Virus record (IMG/VR): IMGVR_UViG_3300009430_000004
Coordinates: 62,001 to 126,000 of that record
Direction: 5' to 3' (one strand)
DNA: 64,000 nt
Numbering within the stretch: the stretch's first letter is position 1; the number at the start of each line of letters is the position of its first letter. The notes beneath the pieces were generated by a model that did not search any database, was not told the DNA's origin, and saw only the letters and a list, made by a program, of their open reading frames with translations. This document shows, in pieces, positions 30,229-39,254 of the stretch. The position numbers were made by a program, and so were the translations under genes.

Positions 30229-33200
30229 TTAATTCTTCATGTTTTTTATTTGCCTAACAGCAACTAATTTATCTCCTTCTACTTTACATGTTGGTTTGTT
30301 TGATGGTTTAATATAATGACCAACAACGGTAAGCTTATTATTCTTATCCAATATCGGACATACAATTTCACCCTCACTAAATTCTTTCTTAGTAAAATAG
30401 CTTGGATTATCATCTACATTCTTTGCTTTATAAAGATTGATTAATGTAGCTTCAAGCAATGCTCTTCCATCGTTTCCTCTATAATCTTTTCCACAGTCAG
30501 GGCATGTACCAGTTTCATTCCATGCTTCTTCATAACCTATGAGTGCTCCACAATGAACACATCTAGCCATGATATCTCCCATAGATTCTTTCACAGGCTC
30601 CCATGGTTTACCAGAATAGATTTCCTGTAACTTACGCTTCATTTCAACCAAAACCTTATTACCAAACATGGTAAGTAGTATAGATGGTGTCATACGAGCT
30701 AAGACAGCTCCAGGAGCTATAACTGAAGAAACTTCTTCCTGTGATCTAAACTCTGAGTAAGGTTCATAACCTTCAGGTATAACCTCACCAATGATTGACT
30801 TTAGTGCTGTAAAGAACGTTATCTTATCTCCAACACCTACAGTATCTTTATATTTAATATAGAACTCGATTAATACACCTTCTCCAACTTCTGTTCCTTT
30901 AATCTTACCGTCCTTAGCCTCTATTTTTCCAGTGGCATCATTTAACAGAACACCTGCTTTGAATACAGAGTCGGATTTATCGTATTTGTTAATAATCTTC
31001 TTTTTCTTATTTATTTTTTCATAGTAATCTGAAACTATCTTTCTTAATGTCGGTGAAAGTTCTTCTAGTTCTACTGTTGAATATATCTTTATATCTTCAA
31101 TGACACCTGAGTATTTTGATTTAATAGGTGTCTTACCAAGAGACTTAATCTCTTCCTTAAGTTCATTTCCTACAGAAGCTAGGAACTTATTCAATGAATC
31201 GTCATCGAATGATGTTTCAAACCTAATTAATTCATCACCAACTTGTACCTTCTGTCCAATATCAACTATATAATCAACATTGGCGTTTTTACCAAGGGAT
31301 ACTACTTTCTGCATAACTACATCAGCAGCCATATCATAGCTTAGCTTTTTAGTTACGAAGGTTGAGTCTTCATATGTTGAATAAGTTGATAAACATGCTA
31401 CTTTTTGTAATGAACCTATATTAAATCTATTTCCATCTAATGGTGATTCACTAAAGAAGTGTTTATCAGATGCAAGAATATCATTTTCCTTAAACTTCTG
31501 ACCTTTCTTTAAATTACATGATAGTTGATTTGATAGGAAGAATCCACCTGCACCATTCTTAACAACTCTTGGCTGTGTATCAATAGCTTGAACTGATCCA
31601 TCCTTATACTTAACCATTGCAATTCCAGCATCTTCGTTAACTTCTACAACTTCCCCATCCAACTTAGCTCTAACAATAAAGTCGTTAGAAAGATGGTAAT
31701 GGATTACTTGTTCAGATCCGTTTGAAATCAATACTGGTGATGATTTGGCTATAGGTATAATGTGTTTGGACTGTTTAGTAGCCATCGCTGTTCTAATAGA
31801 GTCGTCACGGGTAACCCCTAGAGGGGATAATAACTCGGCAGGAGAGAATAGATTAGCATCTGTAAGCTTCTCTAACCTATCATCATTTACTTCAATATAA
31901 CCTCTTGGACTTACAATGTTTGGTTCAAGGGATAACTGTCTAACAACACCACAGTTTGCATCTGGAGAGGTTGATATAGATAGAATTCCCATCATAGTTG
32001 GGTCGTAAGAACGTTTGTCCTGAGTATAAGCTTCTGGAAGGTTCATACCTACATGACCCTTTGGAGTTATTGCTCGGGACTTTTCAAGTTCAACGATAGG
32101 ATTTAATATACTATAATCCTCAACAGTCTGTAATGTTAACAGTTTCTTCAACACTATATCCTGAGGTACTGAAATCTTAACTGGATTGTTATTGTACGCT
32201 GTAATTCTATATTGAGAATAAGCGTCAGCTATCTGTTTATATAGAATAGCATTCACTATTTCATTTGAACGCACTCTGTAGATATTCATATTATTTTCTT
32301 TGATTGATGAATTATCTGCAAGCAGAGAATTCGCAAATAATATTAAGCTAACGAAATCTGTAGGATAATTTAAATCCTCAAGAACTTCTTTAGTTATAGG
32401 GTCTATCATAAAGTCATAGAAGTTGTCAAATGCGTTACCTATCATCTTATTATTAAACATGATTTCGAAGATTGATAAGTATGCATCTTTACCATCAAAG
32501 TCGGCATAATCAAATGCTTTAGTTGGTATATCTGCGAAGGCATTTAGTAACAATGAATTCTCATAAGGATATTTGTCATATACAAGATATCCATCAGCGA
32601 ATTGTACAACACCTTCATTATTTGATACTTTAGGACGAGTGTCACTAAAGTGATGTCTTATATTTGCTTTTCTTAGTACACTGGTTATACCTTCAACATA
32701 ACCTAATAGCAATAATACAGGAACATTCTTGCTCATGATTGTTGCCTTAGTGTACATAAACTTCTTACCAGCAGTTGCAGAATCAAAATCCTCTACAAGT
32801 TTACCTTGGTCGCATGATAAGATAAAGTCTATAATATCCATTCCACCCATCATCTGAGTATTCAAGTCCATCAATATAGGTTCATTATTATTAAGGAAGA
32901 AACCTATACAGAAGTCGTTTTCTGTGAGTCTGTATTTTTTAGTATCAATTCTTGCCCGAACTTCATCCTGATTGAAAACAAACTCCGCATTATTAACCTT
33001 TATAATGCTATAAATCTTTGATAACTCGTCATATTCGAGTATAGACTTATATTTTGAGTTAGCAGCTAAGTTGTTACCATACTTAACCTTAACATTACTA
33101 CTTGGATTCAACAATGCTTTCTTAAACTTCTCAATCTTAGATGAAACCTTAGTACCAAATCTCCTAATAAACATCTTGTTGTAATTACTACAAACTTGAA

Positions 33201-34704
33201 CTTCATCAGGTCCAGTTTTAACTACGGGTTTCATGAAGAGTTGTTTTACGATAAGCTTTTTATTTCCACCAAGATACATAAATTTGTCATCTATAAACTT
33301 AGGCACATCAAATCGTAATCTGTGACGTACTCTATTGGCATCTTCAAGGTCAACTATATAAGTTTCCTTGAAGTTCATTTCATCTGAGCTGTCCACAACT
33401 TCGATATTTCTAACATAAACAGGTATTGACTTATCGTTAAGGGAAGTAATTATATTAACTAAATCCTTCTTAGATAAGGTTTCGTTATATGCTTTTTCAA
33501 AGTGTGGATATTTAATAGTTGTCATATTCTTATTGGTTGTTGTAACCTTATTCGATACATCAATTGATGGAATAGCGATTGATTTAGTATCCATCTTTTG
33601 AATTTCCTCAAGAGTCATTCTCTCAAGCTTTATTTTCCTCTGTTTTTCACGAAGTTCCTGGTCTCTCTTTATAGATAGAGTTGAACGACCTGTTTTTTGA
33701 CTTTGGTTAATATCATATACTTTCTTCAGAAGCTGTTGGTCAACAATCAGCTTATCTTCAAGCTTTTTCTTAATATCGTCAGCATCATCTTTAATATTAA
33801 CCTTCTCTTCTTCCATGACATCTTCAAGTCTATCCTTAACACTTTCTTCAAGCTCAGGACTTTCCTCTTCGTTTCCAGTGAACTTGTACGTTTCAATGAA
33901 TTTTGCAGCAACATCATTGAATATCTCGTATCTCTTAGCATCTTCCTCTATTTGTTTTTCATCATCCAATGCTGAAAGGTCAGCATGTATTTTTGAAATT
34001 TCTCTACGGAAGGCTGTGAATGATTTATCATCACATTGAGCAGGATTAACTCTCATCATTGAGTCATTATTATAGAAGACTATGTTGACATCCCCTAATT
34101 CCTTAAATTTGTCGAAGTATTTATACATCGCAAAATAAAGAAGTAGAACAGGATTATCAAAATTTAATCTCCTATTCTCAGCAGCTCTCTTTAATCCAGC
34201 TATCCTCCAGTCATCCATTCCTACAACGATTGTTTTTATTTTATAACCGTCCAATCGAGGATCATTAATGATATTCTTGAGATAATCAATATACCCTTTT
34301 GTTTTTAAGTCATATTTTAGCTTTCTGGCAAAATCAAAATATATAGTATTGTAAGTAGCTAGGTCAAAATACACATTCCTTTCATTAAGATTACTTATTG
34401 AAGGGACAGTATTTAGGAATTTAATTCCTGACTCTAGCTCACCATATATCGCTTCTCTCTCTTTTCTGTAGATTTTCCTATATGTCTTATTAGCTAACTT
34501 ACCTTTATAAATAGAGTCCATATAATAGAAATGGAACTTATTATTGTGATAAAGGTTTTTGTTTTCTATAAGACGCATAGAAGCATCCAGAGAACCGTTA
34601 TTGATGAATACAATACTATACATACTTTGAGCTTTTTGATCTACAGGCAATTGTGCCTTTTGTTTAAACACTTTCAAGTGCGGAATATCCGAAATAAAAA
34701 TCAT
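30229..34704 (-). CDS. rpoB: Multisubunit RNA polymerase beta-like subunit (probably virion RNAP) with long N-terminal extension and C-terminal Zn ribbon/SET-like appendage
   Basis: STSPDANCGVVRQL, RTAMATKQSKH, TYEDSTFV, VGDKITFFTALKSIIGEV and PGAVLARMT correspond to bacterial beta motifs (ETPEG.NIG, RALMGANMQRQ, NFEDS, GDKMAGRHGNKG, PLGVPSRMN). Late-type promoter at 34738-34749. Confidence 0.9.
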   Translation of the reverse strand: MIFISDIPHLKVFKQKAQLPVDQKAQSMYSIVFINNGSLDASMRLIENKNLYHNNKFHFYYMDSIYKGKLANKTYRKIYRKEREAIYGELESGIKFLNTVPSISNLNERNVYFDLATYNTIYFDFARKLKYDLKTKGYIDYLKNIINDPRLDGYKIKTIVVGMDDWRIAGLKRAAENRRLNFDNPVLLLYFAMYKYFDKFKELGDVNIVFYNNDSMMRVNPAQCDDKSFTAFRREISKIHADLSALDDEKQIEEDAKRYEIFNDVAAKFIETYKFTGNEEESPELEESVKDRLEDVMEEEKVNIKDDADDIKKKLEDKLIVDQQLLKKVYDINQSQKTGRSTLSIKRDQELREKQRKIKLERMTLEEIQKMDTKSIAIPSIDVSNKVTTTNKNMTTIKYPHFEKAYNETLSKKDLVNIITSLNDKSIPVYVRNIEVVDSSDEMNFKETYIVDLEDANRVRHRLRFDVPKFIDDKFMYLGGNKKLIVKQLFMKPVVKTGPDEVQVCSNYNKMFIRRFGTKVSSKIEKFKKALLNPSSNVKVKYGNNLAANSKYKSILEYDELSKIYSIIKVNNAEFVFNQDEVRARIDTKKYRLTENDFCIGFFLNNNEPILMDLNTQMMGGMDIIDFILSCDQGKLVEDFDSATAGKKFMYTKATIMSKNVPVLLLLGYVEGITSVLRKANIRHHFSDTRPKVSNNEGVVQFADGYLVYDKYPYENSLLLNAFADIPTKAFDYADFDGKDAYLSIFEIMFNNKMIGNAFDNFYDFMIDPITKEVLEDLNYPTDFVSLILFANSLLADNSSIKENNMNIYRVRSNEIVNAILYKQIADAYSQYRITAYNNNPVKISVPQDIVLKKLLTLQTVEDYSILNPIVELEKSRAITPKGHVGMNLPEAYTQDKRSYDPTMMGILSISTSPDANCGVVRQLSLEPNIVSPRGYIEVNDDRLEKLTDANLFSPAELLSPLGVTRDDSIRTAMATKQSKHIIPIAKSSPVLISNGSEQVIHYHLSNDFIVRAKLDGEVVEVNEDAGIAMVKYKDGSVQAIDTQPRVVKNGAGGFFLSNQLSCNLKKGQKFKENDILASDKHFFSESPLDGNRFNIGSLQKVACLSTYSTYEDSTFVTKKLSYDMAADVVMQKVVSLGKNANVDYIVDIGQKVQVGDELIRFETSFDDDSLNKFLASVGNELKEEIKSLGKTPIKSKYSGVIEDIKIYSTVELEELSPTLRKIVSDYYEKINKKKKIINKYDKSDSVFKAGVLLNDATGKIEAKDGKIKGTEVGEGVLIEFYIKYKDTVGVGDKITFFTALKSIIGEVIPEGYEPYSEFRSQEEVSSVIAPGAVLARMTPSILLTMFGNKVLVEMKRKLQEIYSGKPWEPVKESMGDIMARCVHCGALIGYEEAWNETGTCPDCGKDYRGNDGRALLEATLINLYKAKNVDDNPSYFTKKEFSEGEIVCPILDKNNKLTVVGHYIKPSNKPTCKVEGDKLVAVRQIKNMKN

Positions 34705-34763
34705 TTTCGATCACCCTTTCTCATAATAGTCTAGTATTATAAGAATGTTAGTGATCGAAAACG
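34702..34763 (-). promoter_or_regulatory. RBS/start-codon-sequestering hairpin containing a late-type promoter, upstream of RNAP beta
   Basis: mRNA cguuuucgaucac...gugaucgaaaaUG and uucuuauaaua/uauuaugagaa arms; AACA-TTCTTA-TA at 34749-34738 lies in the 5' arm. Confidence 0.75.
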
Positions 34764-34922
34764 TTATATACCCTACGAGTGTATGTGTTACAAAATCCCT
34801 CAACTTGGAAGCCTTACCCCCAAGTACATCTTGGGAAAAATCGCAAATTTGTTATCATAGAGCGTTGTCTCAGCACCCGTCATCTATGACCTCCTGGTTA
34901 CTTCTAAAAAGGTTTTCACCAT
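34764..34922 (-). ncRNA. Putative structured small RNA or leader (contains a possible 27-codon sORF at 34800..34883)
   Basis: Follows promoter 34923-34934; GC-richer than its flanks; stems ucauaga/ucuauga and acuugg/ccaagu. Confidence 0.4.
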
Positions 34923-35122
34923 TAATTTAATGTTTGTCCATATATCTTTTTAAACTTTAATTTTTGAGCTAACATGTGTATAATAAAGAAAACCGTAAAC
35001 TTGAGATAATTAAGTATATATTATTAATGTGTATAGCACCAGATAATAGATAAGCTGTACGTAATATATACACTTATATTTCATGTGGGTAAACAACAAA
35101 CAAAATTTAGGAGGAATAAACC

Positions 35123-35374
35123 ATGGAAAAATCAATAAAAAATTATTTCGGAATCGGTGTTAGAAAAGGTGTTAAGTTAGAAAGTCAAGGATTAGTTGAC
35201 TTAAGTATATTAGCTGAGCTTAAGATTAGAAAAGGAACAAACAAAACTCTCATAGCAAAGCAAATGCAACAAGGTGAGAACATAGAGAAATATATAAACA
35301 ATGTAAAACAGACTTTGTTAGATTTAGGCGTACAAGAAAAAGACATTTTAGGAATCTACAATTTCTTAGCGTAG
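35123..35374 (+). CDS. Hypothetical early protein
   Basis: 83 aa; SD AGGAGG; early-type promoter at 35015-35024; terminator near 35405-35440. Confidence 0.65.
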   Translation: MEKSIKNYFGIGVRKGVKLESQGLVDLSILAELKIRKGTNKTLIAKQMQQGENIEKYINNVKQTLLDLGVQEKDILGIYNFLA

Positions 35375-35492
35375 CAAGTTTCTTTAATTTGTCCCATAGA
35401 ATAAAAATAGGGTTCGATTCGTCGAGCCTTATTTTTTTTATATTTATATATTATTTATAGGTATAGTAATACGTATTAAAGGAGGTAATTAT

Positions 35493-36302
35493 ATGACTAT
35501 CAAACTAGATAGAATAGTTTGTCAACAGAGAATAACAAGAAAAAGGCACATATGGTGGCAATATACTATTGCTGATGACAAAATATATTTGAGAACTATA
35601 AAAGGTGGATATCCGAAGTTCGGAGAATTATTCATCGCATTAATGAGAGATGTACCGTTTTGTAGACATTATTTTTCCGAGGATTTTATAGTAGATAAAT
35701 ATATTACTCTAGAATCAGGAATATTTGGTACAGGTGGTAAGAAGGATGTCACACATCATCTATGGGCGTATATAGATCAAGATGATGAAGATATTAATGT
35801 GATAAACTTGTCAGATGAATATGAATTTAAAGAACCTTTAATATATCCTATAGACAAGTTAATCCAGATATTCAATATGTTGTATTCGGATTATATTGAC
35901 GAATATATAATACAAGATAAACGCTATTATAAATTAAATACTGTTGAGCTATATGACAAGAATTGGTATAAACGAAGTTATAGTGAATTATTTGTTAGAT
36001 TTAATAAGATGGATGAAGAAAAGCTCCCATATATTTTATCTAAACATTTTGGAGGATTTACTAAGAAAGATTCCAAATTAGAAGTATTTAATTATAATAT
36101 GTGCACTATGTGGGATAAGAAGGATGAGAGAGGTATTAAATACCGTGATGTTATAAAGAAGAAGTTTGGTGGATTACTTAGTAGTTTCTATATAGTATAC
36201 TATGCAGATGGGTGTACTATTGATACAACACGGGTAGAAGATAAATTCCTTAAAAAGTTATTAGGGGAGTTTACTAATAAAAATGAGCAAATTAAAAAAT
36301 AA
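35493..36302 (+). CDS. Hypothetical early protein
   Basis: 269 aa; SD AAGGAGGT; early-type promoter at 35445-35454. Confidence 0.65.
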   Translation: MTIKLDRIVCQQRITRKRHIWWQYTIADDKIYLRTIKGGYPKFGELFIALMRDVPFCRHYFSEDFIVDKYITLESGIFGTGGKKDVTHHLWAYIDQDDEDINVINLSDEYEFKEPLIYPIDKLIQIFNMLYSDYIDEYIIQDKRYYKLNTVELYDKNWYKRSYSELFVRFNKMDEEKLPYILSKHFGGFTKKDSKLEVFNYNMCTMWDKKDERGIKYRDVIKKKFGGLLSSFYIVYYADGCTIDTTRVEDKFLKKLLGEFTNKNEQIKK

Positions 36303-36322
36303 TATGGACAAACAATATAATA

Positions 36323-36575
36323 GATGGGGGACCGTACAATTTTTGTACTTGCCTACTTCCAACAAAAATTAGATTAAGGATTGTGGTTTAAACCACATAA
36401 TTCCTTGCTCTACAGTTGGGGGTAGGGGGACCGTACCGCTAGGTAATAGTTAAGACAGTCTCGAAGAGACTGAGTAGTAAAGGACAAGTGCCAGACGAGA
36501 GCTATAATATAGAGAAAAAAATAAAAAGAAGAAAATATAATTAAGAGTATATACCAAAAAAAGGTATATACTCAT
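36323..36575 (+). ncRNA. Putative structured non-coding RNA
   Basis: No long ORF and GC-richer; promoter 36311-36322; long hairpin 36352-36426; hairpin cagtctc-gaa-gagactg; 12-nt direct repeat GGGGGACCGTAC; terminator 36545-36578. Confidence 0.55.
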
Positions 36576-36597
36576 TTTAATTTATCTTAAAAAGGAG

Positions 36598-37179
36598 ATG
36601 AAATTATTAATGGATAATAAAATAGTTAGTATAGGTTCAGTTAATAAAAATTCAAGAGACTCTAAGTTTAAGAGACATATACAAAGTAATTTTACTCAGG
36701 ACAATCTAAAAAGAGAGATTGAAAATATGGCATCATTTATTAACTATGATCCTAAATTACTACTTAGTGTGAAGGAAGAAGTTGATAGATATTTTGAATC
36801 AGGTTCATTCTATAATTCAGTCTTTCAAGAGATTTCTGATGGAATTGGTACTAATGACTGTAGATTAGTAACTGACCCATTTGGAACTAAAATGTTTATA
36901 TATAAGATAGAAATCAAGTTAATAATAGGTATGTCAGATGTAGTTAGACATAATAGATTTCTTATAGATGCTATTGCTAAATATGCATTCAGAACTTATA
37001 AGAATGAAGGTTATAAGCAATATTTACTAGATGTATTTGAGACGCAAAACATGGGAATACAATTCATGGAAATTTATATACAAGATAAAGATATTTATAT
37101 GGGAGGAGAGATTAAATTACTTAAAGGTGAATTGTACGATAAGATGTATCACTATTATGAATTATTAGGTGACCAATAG
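36598..37179 (+). CDS. Hypothetical protein
   Basis: 193 aa; first gene of a tightly packed + strand cluster. Confidence 0.55.
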   Translation: MKLLMDNKIVSIGSVNKNSRDSKFKRHIQSNFTQDNLKREIENMASFINYDPKLLLSVKEEVDRYFESGSFYNSVFQEISDGIGTNDCRLVTDPFGTKMFIYKIEIKLIIGMSDVVRHNRFLIDAIAKYAFRTYKNEGYKQYLLDVFETQNMGIQFMEIYIQDKDIYMGGEIKLLKGELYDKMYHYYELLGDQ

Positions 37180-37570
37180 GGGTAGAGGGAAGATGTATGA
37201 AATAATAATTAAGTTTGTTAAAGGAACCACATTCAATGTTACTAGAAGAAGATTAATTAAGATGCTTAAACAGCTAGCGAAGAAAGATAAAGTTACGCTA
37301 GCTTATGAATATAATAATAGTATGGGACATCATAATATAAGGGAGATGAAAGGTAAGATAGTCGGATTTAGCGTTATACCAGTATTATATGATGGTAAAA
37401 CACCATATGAATATCAGATAAATGTAAATTACAGAGAAGCTGGGACTGAGGCTATGAAATCTTGGCAAGTATTTGTAACAGCAGATGCAGAGTTTTATGG
37501 ATACTGCCAAATAAGATGGTGTAACAGTGGTCCATGTTGTTATATAACAGGTTCATGGGAGGGTAAATAA
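37169..37570 (+). CDS. Hypothetical protein
   Basis: 133 aa; probable start at the internal MYEII after AGAGGGAAG. Confidence 0.55.
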   Translation: MTNRGRGKMYEIIIKFVKGTTFNVTRRRLIKMLKQLAKKDKVTLAYEYNNSMGHHNIREMKGKIVGFSVIPVLYDGKTPYEYQINVNYREAGTEAMKSWQVFVTADAEFYGYCQIRWCNSGPCCYITGSWEGK

Positions 37571-37963
37571 ATGCACGAGATACATTTTCTAATGTTTGTA
37601 AAAGATCCTAAAACCAAAGAGATAGTTAAATTATGTGTGGTTGCAGACAGTAATTGTTTTATTAGTGCAACTGTTAGAGAAGACTTCATGTTAGATGTCT
37701 ATGATAATAAATTACTAGGAGAATTAGAAAGAAACTTTCCTATAGAATTACTTCATTTAAGTAGTAGCAGCATAGCTGATTTCTTTCATAGCTCCTGTAT
37801 ATTTCCAAGACCCATACAAGACTTCTATGAGAAATATAAAGATGAATACTTTTCAATGGAATTCTATATGTTGCAGGCAAGTTTAGATGACATAAAGAAG
37901 TTTAAAACAAAATATAACTTGCCTATATTTACAAGAGATATCTATCTTACTTTTAATAAGTAA
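37571..37963 (+). CDS. Hypothetical protein
   Basis: 130 aa; SD GGGAGG; abuts the previous stop. Confidence 0.55.
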   Translation: MHEIHFLMFVKDPKTKEIVKLCVVADSNCFISATVREDFMLDVYDNKLLGELERNFPIELLHLSSSSIADFFHSSCIFPRPIQDFYEKYKDEYFSMEFYMLQASLDDIKKFKTKYNLPIFTRDIYLTFNK

Positions 37964-37964
37964 G

Positions 37965-38567
37965 ATGATAAATAAAATCAAAGGAGGTATTATCATGCCA
38001 AGAGAAGAAATGCATGAAGACCTATATAAAGAAATGAAGGATTATGTCGATACATTCGACGATGACAAAGAAAACAATAGGGAAGAAGACGATGAATATT
38101 ATGACAACAGGTATATCTATAAGAATTATCAGATTTTATCTGAAGCATTAAAAGCTTATGACCCTATTGAAATTACAACTATTGGGGCGTTGTTGCCGAA
38201 GAATTATGACCCAGATTCAATTAGTGATGATTACGATAATGCTGAATTTTATTCAGAGAAGTTTAGGTCTATTGATGATATCGTTGAAAAACTAGAGGAT
38301 GATGGATTTATGGTAACGAGTTTACCAGAGGATTTTGAAATGGCATCGCTTGATTTTCATGCTGAGGATGAGGATCTTGAAATAGAGGGTTGGATGTCAC
38401 AAAATAATAATTATAGAGTCATATTTGTATTTGCAATATTAGAAGATTCATATTATCCTTTTGCAACTATAATGAATGACGATGGGAAAATTATAAAGAA
38501 TAAGGATAAGAAGAAACCTAATATTATAAACTTAAAGATTCCGTTTATATCTAATTCATTTTTATAA
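37965..38567 (+). CDS. Hypothetical highly acidic protein
   Basis: D/E-rich; likely start ATG 37995 after AAGGAGGT. Confidence 0.6.
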   Translation: MINKIKGGIIMPREEMHEDLYKEMKDYVDTFDDDKENNREEDDEYYDNRYIYKNYQILSEALKAYDPIEITTIGALLPKNYDPDSISDDYDNAEFYSEKFRSIDDIVEKLEDDGFMVTSLPEDFEMASLDFHAEDEDLEIEGWMSQNNNYRVIFVFAILEDSYYPFATIMNDDGKIIKNKDKKKPNIINLKIPFISNSFL

Positions 38568-38647
38568 GAGGGTGTTAACACCCTCTATTATTTTTTCAAG
38601 TATATATTATAGAAGTGAGATAAATAAACAATAAAGGAGTAGATAAT

Positions 38648-39254
38648 ATGAAATTTTATTCAATGAAAGATTTAAAAGAAAAGACTAAAATGCAAATTAC
38701 AGAGTTTCCAAAGATATCAATATGGTTTACAAACTACCCCTGAAGATTTTAGTATAAAGGCAAACTATTTCGCTGACACTGGAGATATCGTATTTGTTTA
38801 CAGGGATGAAAAAGGTGAATATCAATCCAATGTTGTTAAGATACATGATAGCTATGGACTTGGTGTTTGTAAGTTATCTATAATGGATACTAAGATATTC
38901 ATTGTATTTGGTAAGAATACATTGAAGAATGAATCGGGATATGCATATTCAATGAAACCTGAAATCAATAAGATTCTTGAAGAATACTTTAGTGAGCTCG
39001 GTGTTGAAGTAACTTATGTTGAAGAACTTGAGGTATCTGAGTATATATCTGGGTTCCATGATGCAAAGGAATTCTTTAATAAATGCCCATATGAAATAAA
39101 GAGTTTTGATATAGACCTTGATGATGTATATATGGAAGATTGTGATGTTAAGGTGGTTAGACAGCTATTTGATATAGCAGACCAATATGATGTCACCGAT
39201 GAAATCGAAATCAAGGCTACAAAAGAACTAAAGGGATATCTTGATAAAAAATGA
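38648..39254 (+). CDS. Early gene interrupted by an apparent +1 frameshift at CCC_TGA (38738-38743)
   Basis: ATG 38648 with SD AAGGAG gives 31 aa to CCC TGA; the +1 frame (PEDFSIKANYF...) runs without stops into track ORF 38883..39254, which has no SD of its own. Confidence 0.65.

Noticed and set aside
34745-34930. 61-aa + strand ORF in the track
   Set aside because: No SD; the promoter and SD signals in this region are on the minus strand.
35405-35440. GGGTTCGATTCG resembles a tRNA T-arm
   Set aside because: No cloverleaf can be built; it is the stem of an intrinsic terminator followed by a T tract.
36326-36345. GGGGACCGTAC resembles the 5' end of tmRNA
   Set aside because: It lacks the following GG-x-TTCGAC and a 3' T-arm/CCA, and the region is too short.
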